A stretch of 64,000 bases of DNA from Alistipes sp. GTDB taxonomy: Bacteria; Bacteroidota; Bacteroidia; Bacteroidales; Rikenellaceae. Location: contig JAFOBG010000049.1 in assembly GCA_017381935.1 (NCBI GenBank), positions 21,453 through 85,452 of the forward strand, written 5' to 3'. The notes below the pieces were generated by a model that was given only the letters and a program-made list of their open reading frames with translations, had not been told where the DNA came from and made no database searches. Both the position numbers and the translations under genes were made by a program. How positions within the stretch are numbered: position 1 is the stretch's first letter; each line of letters begins with the position of its first letter. Positions 17,958 through 26,157 of this stretch are shown piece after piece.

Positions 17958-18428
17958 ATGAAAAAACTGATTATTTTGGCACTTGTTGCAGTTCTCATGT
18001 CATCTTGTACTATGCACAAATCTACAGTGAGAAACACAACTGTTAAGCACCCAACTATCGAGTCAACAACAATGGCGACACTTAATATCAGCAAGAAACG
18101 TATCAACTACACATACGTTCCTGAGCGTACAGACTCTCGTCGTCTTCCTGAGGCTCGTCTTATCCAGAATGCAATCTTCAAGGCTCTTGCAGCAAATGGT
18201 AATGCAGATGTTTTGGTACAGGTTAACACATATACTACAGTCCACAAGGGCTTGTGTGGTCGTCGTATCAAGAGTATCTCTGTAAGTGGTTATCCTGCAT
18301 ACTACACTAACTTCCGTGAGCCTTCAAAGAGCGATTTGGAGAATGTATATATCTTCAACCAATCTGGCCATGCTACAGATTGCTGTGAGGGTGATGGTTC
18401 TGTTATTAATCGCATCTTCAAGCGCTAA
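17958..18428 (+). CDS. Small lipoprotein of unknown function, last gene of the operon
   Basis: The lipobox is LMSSC. The gene is followed by a strong hairpin terminator. Confidence 0.6.
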   Translation: MKKLIILALVAVLMSSCTMHKSTVRNTTVKHPTIESTTMATLNISKKRINYTYVPERTDSRRLPEARLIQNAIFKALAANGNADVLVQVNTYTTVHKGLCGRRIKSISVSGYPAYYTNFREPSKSDLENVYIFNQSGHATDCCEGDGSVINRIFKR

Positions 18429-18446
18429 TTAATAACAAGACAAAAC

Positions 18447-18485
18447 AATAGAGAGTTCACTTTTCGGTGAACTCTCTATTTTTGT
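18447..18485. terminator. Rho-independent, bidirectional hairpin terminator between convergent genes
   Basis: A perfect 14-bp stem (aatagagagttcac / gtgaactctctatt) encloses a 6-nt loop and is followed by ttttt. Confidence 0.75.
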
Positions 18486-18498
18486 TCTTTATGTTGTA

Positions 18499-19626
18499 CT
18501 ACTTTGTATAGAAGCGATAGATACAAGTATGCTTATACTCCTCACCCGGGTTTAAAACAACTGATGGGAAGTTCTCATGATTTACAGCATCTGGATATTT
18601 TTGAGTCTCCAATACCACAGACTCGCGGAATGAGAGTGGCTTACCATACTTACCATCGTAGCTACTATCAAAGAAGTTTCCGCTATAGAATTGTAATGCT
18701 ACCTGGTCTGTCAACACATCCATTGCTCGACCATTATGCGGTTCATAGATAGTCATTACCTTAACTACCTTACCATTATCTTTACGGTCAAGCACCCAAT
18801 TCATATCGTATCCACGACCATTTTTAATCTGCTCATGGTCATAGTCTATCATATCTCCAATAGCATGAGCTTTACGGAAATCAAATGGAGTACCCTCTAC
18901 CGCTAACAACTCTCCTGTAGGTATAAGATTACTATCAACAGGGGTGATATAGTTTGCATCAATCTGCAAGATGTGGTCTGTAATTGTACCACCTGCCTCT
19001 CCCTTGAGATTAAAGAATGAGTGGTGCGAGAGATTTACAACAGTTGTTGCATCGGTTGTTGCGCTATATGTAACGACAAACTTATCATCATTAGTAAGTG
19101 TATAGCACATAGTTATATCCAAATTACCAGGGAAACCGTCCTGTCCATCGGCTGCTATATAGTGGAATACAATAGAATTTTCAGTATGCGAGGTAACATC
19201 CCACACTACCATATCAAGGCCCTTTTCGCCGCCATGCAGCGTCTGTCCGTTATTATTAAGCGGAGTATGATACTCCTTACCCTCAAGAGTAAATGTACCA
19301 TTGCCTATACGATTTGCCACACGACCTACTACAGATCCCAAAAAACGCTCACCTGTATTGTTGATATATCGGTCCAAATTCTGATAACCCAGCACGATAT
19401 CTGCCATTGTCCCCTCTCTATCAGGAGCCCACAGAGTTACTACTCGTGCACCAAAATTTGTAACCTGCATAGTCAGGTTGCCGTTAGAAAGGGTATATAG
19501 GTCTGTCTTTGCCCCATCAACCTCTCTTTGGAAATTCTCTGCAGGAAGCAGAGTAATACCTTTGTTATTACCGCCACAACATGCTGTAAAGAGCAACATT
19601 GTCGCTAAAATGTGTTTGAGTTTCAT
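18499..19626 (-). CDS. galM: Aldose 1-epimerase (galactose mutarotase), lipoprotein-type signal
   Basis: The motif is …VVGRVANRIGNGTFTLEGKEYHTPLNNNGQTLHGGEKG…. The start is trimmed to the ATG at 19626 (MKLKHILATMLLFTACCG) rather than the track's 19656. Confidence 0.9.
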   Translation of the reverse strand: MKLKHILATMLLFTACCGGNNKGITLLPAENFQREVDGAKTDLYTLSNGNLTMQVTNFGARVVTLWAPDREGTMADIVLGYQNLDRYINNTGERFLGSVVGRVANRIGNGTFTLEGKEYHTPLNNNGQTLHGGEKGLDMVVWDVTSHTENSIVFHYIAADGQDGFPGNLDITMCYTLTNDDKFVVTYSATTDATTVVNLSHHSFFNLKGEAGGTITDHILQIDANYITPVDSNLIPTGELLAVEGTPFDFRKAHAIGDMIDYDHEQIKNGRGYDMNWVLDRKDNGKVVKVMTIYEPHNGRAMDVLTDQVALQFYSGNFFDSSYDGKYGKPLSFRESVVLETQKYPDAVNHENFPSVVLNPGEEYKHTCIYRFYTK

Positions 19627-19649
19627 AGTATTTTTAGCTATTAAAGTAT

Positions 19650-20114
19650 TTACCACAACTGACTCGGTGCCTCGGTTTGTTTATTATCTGAGCGTTCAAA
19701 TACATGTACCCACTCTCCAATAATATGATTCAATCGCTCATAATCTGTAGAGAAGTTCATATAGCATACACTTGGTTCACCAATCGGCACCTTCTTGCCA
19801 AAGTAGATGGTATAAAATGTCTCTGTACTCTTATATGAGTATATACCATTTGTCCCAGATTGATAATGGTACTCATTATATCCCTCACCTCTTGAAATCA
19901 TATCCGATGACTTTATTCCATTTTGGTCAGAGAAATAACAAAAGCTCTTATTGTTCGTAAACGTTACATACTTCTTATAGTTAACCCCAAAAGTCTTGGA
20001 CTTCTCTTCTGTCTGCTTAGCAACGGTATAAAGGTATCTATAAGTGTATGTTTGCGCATATATATTAGCACAACCAAAGATGCAAATAGAGAGTAAGAGA
20101 GCGACCTTTTTCAT
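19650..20114 (-). CDS. Exported protein of unknown function, paralogous to the N-terminal domain of the upstream gene
   Basis: The start is trimmed to the ATG at 20114 (MKKVALLLSICIFGCANIYAQ), because the longer track ORF overlaps the upstream gene. It shares the pattern TYxY…(I/V)TFT…CYxSDxxGI…LN… with 20134-20826. Confidence 0.6.
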   Translation of the reverse strand: MKKVALLLSICIFGCANIYAQTYTYRYLYTVAKQTEEKSKTFGVNYKKYVTFTNNKSFCYFSDQNGIKSSDMISRGEGYNEYHYQSGTNGIYSYKSTETFYTIYFGKKVPIGEPSVCYMNFSTDYERLNHIIGEWVHVFERSDNKQTEAPSQLW

Positions 20115-20133
20115 AGTATTTAATTTTTTATCC

Positions 20134-20826
20134 TTATTTAATGATTCCGTACTTCTTTCCGGTCCCATTACAGGAAGGACACTGACCTCTATCATTGCAC
20201 TGAGTACATACGATAGTATTACCCGTATATGGATTATTATATGAGTGGCGACCTTGACATATTGGACATTTGCCTGTACCATAGCATGTCATACATGTAT
20301 AATATCCATACCTTGTCTGCGAAGAAGAACTGCTTGAAGAGGAAGAAACTGAAGATGGACTTGAAGATGGATAGAGAGCAGGTGTCTGTGGAGCTACAAC
20401 AATTGTAGTCGAAGAGCCGCTTGTCCCATTAGAGAGGTTTGATAGATTTCGTTGTGATTTTTTGACTCCCTGCGGCGCTGTTTTGCGTACATATACATAC
20501 GTTTTGCCATCAGAGCACTTAATATTTAGTCTGCTAAGGTCTGTTGCAAAATAGTAGTATGCACTACCGAAGTAACTATCGCCATAGTAACTTACAATAT
20601 TATTAGCCGTTGCCTGATACTCCCTAAAGCCAGTTCTCTCAGATATTCCGTCTCTATCTGAATCATAGCATCCCTTTGAGGTAAATGTGATAAAATGTCC
20701 ATCTCCCGAAGAGATTGACTTAACACCATTCTTGACAACAGCTATACGCTCATAATAGTATGTCTTAGCAAAGCTATCACACCATGCTATACTTAGCAAT
20801 ACTAATAAAAAGACAAATTGTTTCAT
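20134..20826 (-). CDS. Exported protein with a poly-Ser linker and a C-terminal DnaJ-type CxxCxGxG zinc-finger module
   Basis: The signal peptide is MKQFVFLLVLLSIAWCDSFA. The linker is SSSPSSVSSSSSSSSSQ. The C-terminus is CMTCYGTGKCPICQGRH…CTQCNDRGQCPSCNGTGKK, which gives four CxxC units. Confidence 0.65.
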   Translation of the reverse strand: MKQFVFLLVLLSIAWCDSFAKTYYYERIAVVKNGVKSISSGDGHFITFTSKGCYDSDRDGISERTGFREYQATANNIVSYYGDSYFGSAYYYFATDLSRLNIKCSDGKTYVYVRKTAPQGVKKSQRNLSNLSNGTSGSSTTIVVAPQTPALYPSSSPSSVSSSSSSSSSQTRYGYYTCMTCYGTGKCPICQGRHSYNNPYTGNTIVCTQCNDRGQCPSCNGTGKKYGIIK

Positions 20827-20871
20827 TGAATAGAGTTTAAAGTGTTATCAAAGGCTCAGTTGTTACGCTTG

Positions 20872-20915
20872 AAAAAAATTGTCTGCAATGGGTTGTACCT
20901 CTTACCTCCCATTGC
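20872..20915 (-). terminator. Hairpin terminator downstream of the nuclease genes
   Basis: The stem gcaatggg / cccattgc encloses a 15-nt loop. On the - strand a T7 tract follows after a 6-nt gap (the + strand shows gaaaaaaatt). Confidence 0.5.
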
Positions 20916-20964
20916 AAGCAACTTTTAATAGCAGACACAAATACTCCGCTACCACAACAATGTT

Positions 20965-21741
20965 CTATTTGCCAAAATACAAATTAAGCAAATAAGCCAA
21001 ACGGTATCCTGCACGAGCCATCTGCTCATTTACAAGGTCGCGAGAGAGTTCAACAGTATCGTCGCGAAGAACAGGTGTATTATGAGGATTCCACTGATAG
21101 ATAACCTTGTTACGAGCACCTATCTCTGAAGCCCATGCATTGAAATCTCCCTTTGTAACCTTCTTAATTGCGGACTTCTTCCAAGTATCGAGTTCGGCTG
21201 CAATCTCATTATCGCTCTTGCCTTTATGTACCAGAGCCGGCATCTTATCATATACTCCATGGAAAGATTTCTGTGCTTTGCCATTCAGTTCGCAAGGCCA
21301 GAAGCAACGAGGACCAGGAACGTAAGAGTGTGTAGGGCAATGGAGGTCTCCTACAAAGTGAAGTAGCATACGCAAGTTAAATACTACCGCACTATCTGTA
21401 AGCTCCTTATATTGACGAAGATTATAATCGGCAACCTTTAATGCATGAACGCAATCACCCTTATAAAGACGTGGATTTGGGTCATATACATCACGCTCAT
21501 TAACATTATATACATGCCAAGAGGTTGTGTAAGCAATAGGCTCATCATGGCGATGAATATCCATCCAAACAGCCTCCTTCTTAAGGTCATAATTCATATA
21601 CTTGGAGATATTCTCCTTAGCTTTCTCGGTCAGATTACGCTGAGCAATTTCAACTATTACACGATGGCCGACACCTCCCCAACCAAACGCTGTCTGAGCG
21701 CAAAGAAGGGCAATGGTTACAATTGAAAAAATCTTCTTCAT
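20965..21741 (-). CDS. S1/P1-family nuclease (secreted)
   Basis: The mature N-terminus is the signal peptide followed by WGGVGHRVIVEIAQRNLTEKAK, with His/Asp-rich metal ligand contexts (HFVGDLHCPTH). It is a close paralog of the adjacent gene. Confidence 0.85.
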   Translation of the reverse strand: MKKIFSIVTIALLCAQTAFGWGGVGHRVIVEIAQRNLTEKAKENISKYMNYDLKKEAVWMDIHRHDEPIAYTTSWHVYNVNERDVYDPNPRLYKGDCVHALKVADYNLRQYKELTDSAVVFNLRMLLHFVGDLHCPTHSYVPGPRCFWPCELNGKAQKSFHGVYDKMPALVHKGKSDNEIAAELDTWKKSAIKKVTKGDFNAWASEIGARNKVIYQWNPHNTPVLRDDTVELSRDLVNEQMARAGYRLAYLLNLYFGK

Positions 21742-21757
21742 AGCTTAGTTTATTGTT

Positions 21758-22543
21758 TTAGTGGTTAAAATATTCATTAAGTTTAGCTGCCAGACGATAA
21801 CCGGCATTACGCAACTGAGTCTCTACAATATCTCTTGACTTCTCAACAGTATCATCATCCAGATTATACTGGCCATACGGATTGATATCATAGACCTTTG
21901 CGCTAACCTGAGCAGCGCTATTTGCCCAATCATAGATACTACCTGATGTTATCTTCTTAATACTTCCCTTTTTCATAGAGTCTATTGTCTGTGCAATAGC
22001 ATCCGGATTTGCCTTCTTGCCATAAAGCATCATCGGAATTTTGTCATAGATAGGGTGAAACTTAGGCCACTCCTTATCTTTTAACTTACACTTCCAGGTC
22101 GTAGGCACTCCGTCTATATGAGTATGAACAGGGCAGTGCAAATCTCCCATAAAGTGAATAACCATTCTGATATTGAACACCACAGCACTATCAGTAAGAT
22201 TCTTATAGTTCTGCTCTGAGAGATTGTATTCTGATAGGTTAAGTGCATACACTACATCACTACCCTTCGCAAGACGATAGTTCGGATCATATCTCAAATT
22301 TTTATCACATGCAAAGACATGATAATGTGTTGTGTAGGCAATCTGTTCATCTCGACGATGCTCATCCATCCATACTGCATCTTTTTTAAGGTCATAATTG
22401 ATATATTTGGCAATATTAGCCTTTGCCTTCTCTGTCAAATGACGTTGCGCCACAGCAACAACAATCTCATGTCCAAGTCTGCCCCATGCACAAGCACTCT
22501 GCATTACCAAAAGGGCTGTTGTTAGTAGTAATATTCGTTTCAT
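21758..22543 (-). CDS. S1/P1-family nuclease (secreted), tandem paralog
   Basis: The start is trimmed to the ATG at 22543 (MKRILLLTTALLVMQSACAWGRLGHEIVVAVAQRHLTEKAK). The motif HFMGDLHCPVH is present. Confidence 0.85.
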   Translation of the reverse strand: MKRILLLTTALLVMQSACAWGRLGHEIVVAVAQRHLTEKAKANIAKYINYDLKKDAVWMDEHRRDEQIAYTTHYHVFACDKNLRYDPNYRLAKGSDVVYALNLSEYNLSEQNYKNLTDSAVVFNIRMVIHFMGDLHCPVHTHIDGVPTTWKCKLKDKEWPKFHPIYDKIPMMLYGKKANPDAIAQTIDSMKKGSIKKITSGSIYDWANSAAQVSAKVYDINPYGQYNLDDDTVEKSRDIVETQLRNAGYRLAAKLNEYFNH

Positions 22544-22631
22544 ATATTTTATTTCAAGGCTTTTACTGAGGAAGGGACATACTACTGTATTTCCCTTTCT
22601 CAGCAAAAGGCAGTAACGCCGAAAACGCCCT

Positions 22632-23336
22632 TTAGATTATCTCAAAAGCTATCTCCATCATATCAGTAAATGTCTTCTCACGCTGTTCTGGAGTAGTATC
22701 CTCATGAGTTACCAAAGAGTCGGAGATAGTACAGATACACAGAGCCTCATTTCCGCTACGAGCTGCATTCATATAGAGTGCCGATGCCTCCATCTCGACA
22801 GCTAAAACACCCATCTTCTGCCACTGCTTCCACGCCTGAGGGTCATCATTATAGAATATCTCGCTTGCCAGAATATTTCCCACACGGAAGTTAATATTCA
22901 TACTCTCAGCCTTCTCTACTGCAGCACGAAGAAGATTAAAGTCTGCAATAGGCGCAAATGTTCCAGGCAAACGGAACTGAGCTGCGAAGTTTGAGTTGTC
23001 GCACGCTCCTTGAGCAATTACGACATCTCCCACATGCAAATCAGGGTGGTACGCTCCGGCAGAACCTGTACGTATAATACGCTTTACGCCATAGAAGTTA
23101 AAGAGCTCAAAGGTATAGATGCCAATAGAAGATATTCCCATACCATGGCCCATAACAGAGACTCTTTTACCCTTATATGTACCTGTATAGCAATACATTC
23201 CACGAACCTGATTTACAAGTTCATGATTTTCGAGATAACGCTCAGCCATAAATTTTGCACGTAGCGGATCGCCTGCCATAATGACTTTCTCAGCAATCTG
23301 TCCATATTGTGCACCAATGTGCGGAGTAGGTGTCAT
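22632..23336 (-). CDS. deoD: Purine nucleoside phosphorylase, DeoD type
   Basis: The protein reads MTPTPHIGAQ…VIMAGDPLRAKF…GMYCYTGTYKGKRVSVMGHGMGISS…VEMEASALY. Confidence 0.9.
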   Translation of the reverse strand: MTPTPHIGAQYGQIAEKVIMAGDPLRAKFMAERYLENHELVNQVRGMYCYTGTYKGKRVSVMGHGMGISSIGIYTFELFNFYGVKRIIRTGSAGAYHPDLHVGDVVIAQGACDNSNFAAQFRLPGTFAPIADFNLLRAAVEKAESMNINFRVGNILASEIFYNDDPQAWKQWQKMGVLAVEMEASALYMNAARSGNEALCICTISDSLVTHEDTTPEQREKTFTDMMEIAFEII

Positions 23337-23364
23337 AATACTATAGTTTTAATCAATTAATAAT

Positions 23365-24027
23365 TTACCAAATAATTTCGCTTTTCCCCAGGCTCTTAAG
23401 ATAGGCATTTGCCTTTGAGAAGTGGCCAGAACCGAAGAAACCTCTATATGAAGAGAGTGGTGAAGGGTGTACACTTTTAAGTATAAGATTTGTTTGCGGA
23501 TTTGCAATAGCGCCCTTGCGCTGCGCATAACTACCCCAAAGCATATATACTACACCTCTCTTTCTCTCGCTTACAGCTCTGACAACGGCATCTGTAAAAA
23601 TCTCCCAACCACAACCTGCATGAGAAGCCGCCTGATGAGCGCGTACGGTAAGTACTGAATTTAGGAGTAACACACCCTGCTCAGCCCATCTGTCAAGCTC
23701 TCCACTTGTTGGGATTGGTGCACCAGTATCACTATTAACCTCCTTGAATATATTTTGTAGTGATGGTGGGAATGGAACACCCTGAGCAACTGAAAAGCAG
23801 AGTCCATTTGCCTGACCTGGTCCATGATAAGGGTCTTGGCCAATAATGACGACCTTCAGTTTGTCAAAGGGGCACTTATCAAAGGCTCTGAAGATATTTT
23901 TACCACTTGGATATACCGTTCCTGCGGAGTACTCTTTTTTGACGAACTCTACAAGTTGTGCAAAATACGGTTTCTCAAATTCATCCTTAAGGACGGCCTT
24001 CCAATCCTCAGCTATACGGACATCCAT
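23365..24027 (-). CDS. ung: Uracil-DNA glycosylase
   Basis: The motifs VVIIGQDPYHGPGQANGLCFSV and HPSPLS are present. Confidence 0.95.
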   Translation of the reverse strand: MDVRIAEDWKAVLKDEFEKPYFAQLVEFVKKEYSAGTVYPSGKNIFRAFDKCPFDKLKVVIIGQDPYHGPGQANGLCFSVAQGVPFPPSLQNIFKEVNSDTGAPIPTSGELDRWAEQGVLLLNSVLTVRAHQAASHAGCGWEIFTDAVVRAVSERKRGVVYMLWGSYAQRKGAIANPQTNLILKSVHPSPLSSYRGFFGSGHFSKANAYLKSLGKSEIIW

Positions 24028-24035
24028 AACAAATG

Positions 24036-26135
24036 CTATAAATTTTCAATAGTATAATCTATCATCTTCTGGCGTACAAGTGATGTTGCAGATGGCATCA
24101 TAGAGTGATTCTGGTCGGGATAGACCATCATATCATACTGCTTGCCTGCACTATTGAGGCGACGACACATCTCCATAGAGTTCTGGAAGTGTACATTATC
24201 ATCAGCCGTACCATGAATAATGAGCAGTCGTGTTCGAGGCGACAGTTTTTCGGCATGCGAGAGTGGTGAATTGTCATCATAGCCCTGCGGGTTATCTTGA
24301 GGCAGGCCATTATAGATTTCTGTGTAGATTGTATCGTAATATCTCCACGAAGTTACAGGAGCTACAGCTATAGCCATCTTAAAGAGTCCCTCTCCATGAA
24401 GAGCACAGTTAAGTGCCATAAAACCGCCATAGGACCAACCATAGATACCAATACGTTCCTTATCTACATAAGGCTTTGTTACCAGATAGCGAGCAAACGA
24501 GATTTGGTCCTCATACTCTCTACGACCGAGGTCTGCGTATGTACATTTCTTAAACTTTTCGCCACGGAAGCCCGTACCTCGGCCATCACAACAAGCTACA
24601 ATATAGCCCTTCTTTGTCAACACATCCTCCCAATCGGCACCCCAACGTTGACGTACAGACTGTGAGCCAGGACCTGAGTACTGAGTAAGCAGCACAGGAT
24701 ATATCTTAGATGGGTCATAATCGACAGGTAACTGTATATAGTAGTTCAAAGTATCACCTCGCTCGGTAATAAACTTATTAAACTGTCGCTTTGCCAACGC
24801 TCCCGCCTTTGCCACAGCTGCACGACGATCTGCAAGAGTATCTATCGTTGTACCATCAGCTCGATTAACGGTAATAATGTTAGGCACATCGGAGGAGGTG
24901 TATGTACGTACATAGTACTTCATACCCACTGAAGGAGAGATAGTATTAAATCCACCCTCAGCAGTAAGCAACTTGCGATCTTTGCCATTAAGTTTTACCG
25001 AATAGAGGTCTCGCTGCAGCTCTGAACGCTCTGTAGAGAGATAGTACGCTCTTTTTGCATCAACACCTACAAGCGATGTTACCTCCCAATTACCCGACGT
25101 AAGGGCTCTTTGATAACCATTCTCTATACTATACAAATAGAGGTGCATCCAGCCTGTACGACACTCTTGACGAACAATAAAGCGGTTGCTATCAATAAAG
25201 GTTATAGTAGAGCTGTTTGGACGCTCTACATAGTAAGGTGAGGACTCAGTGTAGATTGTTTTCATCTCGCCACTCTTACGCAAAAGCACAACCTCAAATA
25301 GATTTTGAAGGCGATTAACACGATAGAAGTACAACTCGCCTCCAGGAGTCCATGCTAAATTGAAAATATATTGGTCGCTATTCTCTCCGACATCCACCTT
25401 GTGCTTAGTTGCCGTTTCTATATCATAGATATAGAGCTCAACAACAGAGTTGCAGTCGCCAGCCTTTGGATATTTGAATGAGTATGCCTTGTTATAGAGT
25501 TTATCATCAAACCGCATCATCTCAAATGTAGGCACACGGCTCTCATCAAAACGCAGATATGCAATCTGACGGCTATCTGTAGAGAAGGCATAAGCACAAG
25601 TAAAACCATATTCCTCCTCATACACCCAATCAGAAGTTCCGTTAATAACACTATTCCACTCTCCATCAGTCGTTACAGCTACTGTCGCATCTGAGGCTAT
25701 ATTATGGAGATAGAGGTTATTATCCTTTGAAAAGGCCAGCATTGTAACATCAGGTGAAAATGTAATATCTCTCACTGCCGCAAATTTTCGCTCTACCCCA
25801 TTGCCATACAGAAGATAGTTTGCTGTAAATGAATGGCGATAGATAGGCTGAACACTTGCTCGCTCTGCAAAGAGAATCATCTTCTCATTTGCCGACAGTG
25901 TATAGTCAGCTACTGCAAATGGAGCAGTAAAAAGTGTATCTCGCTCTTTTCTGTCAAGATATGAGGTTCTCACTACACTTGACCCCTCAAGAGTTGTATA
26001 GTGCTCACCATCGCTCATACTTCTTAGAGCTGCAATACCTCTATTTGCTCGGCGGATTTTAAGGATATCGTTATATGAGGCCCATGAGGTAGATAACGAC
26101 AACAATGCTATGGCAAAAAGGAGTACTCTTTTCAT
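24036..26135 (-). CDS. Dipeptidyl-peptidase IV (S9B prolyl peptidase family)
   Basis: An N-terminal beta-propeller region is followed by a C-terminal hydrolase with GWSYGG, …HGTADDNVH…. The start is trimmed to the ATG at 26135 (MKRVLLFAIALLSL). Confidence 0.9.
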   Translation of the reverse strand: MKRVLLFAIALLSLSTSWASYNDILKIRRANRGIAALRSMSDGEHYTTLEGSSVVRTSYLDRKERDTLFTAPFAVADYTLSANEKMILFAERASVQPIYRHSFTANYLLYGNGVERKFAAVRDITFSPDVTMLAFSKDNNLYLHNIASDATVAVTTDGEWNSVINGTSDWVYEEEYGFTCAYAFSTDSRQIAYLRFDESRVPTFEMMRFDDKLYNKAYSFKYPKAGDCNSVVELYIYDIETATKHKVDVGENSDQYIFNLAWTPGGELYFYRVNRLQNLFEVVLLRKSGEMKTIYTESSPYYVERPNSSTITFIDSNRFIVRQECRTGWMHLYLYSIENGYQRALTSGNWEVTSLVGVDAKRAYYLSTERSELQRDLYSVKLNGKDRKLLTAEGGFNTISPSVGMKYYVRTYTSSDVPNIITVNRADGTTIDTLADRRAAVAKAGALAKRQFNKFITERGDTLNYYIQLPVDYDPSKIYPVLLTQYSGPGSQSVRQRWGADWEDVLTKKGYIVACCDGRGTGFRGEKFKKCTYADLGRREYEDQISFARYLVTKPYVDKERIGIYGWSYGGFMALNCALHGEGLFKMAIAVAPVTSWRYYDTIYTEIYNGLPQDNPQGYDDNSPLSHAEKLSPRTRLLIIHGTADDNVHFQNSMEMCRRLNSAGKQYDMMVYPDQNHSMMPSATSLVRQKMIDYTIENL

Positions 26136-26157
26136 ATAGTAACCGTCTTGATGAGGT

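Noticed and set aside
1-18428. Reading the PP2C/kinase/FHA/ABC set as the regulatory arm of a type VI secretion system.
   Set aside because: No T6SS structural gene (TssB/C, Hcp, VgrG, TssK, ClpV-like) is recognisable in this operon or anywhere else in the 64 kb. The resemblance to PpkA/PppA/Fha1/TagQRST is kept only as an analogy.
19021-19723. The + strand ORFs antisense to galM and its upstream region.
   Set aside because: They are shadow ORFs with no motifs.
19650-20282. Long N-terminal extensions in the ORF track for several - strand genes: 19650-20282, 21758-22606, 24036-26168, 26898-27986, 27895-28548, 33909-34775, 53575-54204 and 57310-57762.
   Set aside because: In each case an internal ATG directly precedes a textbook signal peptide or a conserved N-terminus. 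The extension overlaps the upstream gene or a promoter box, or it begins with GTG or TTG, so the starts were trimmed.
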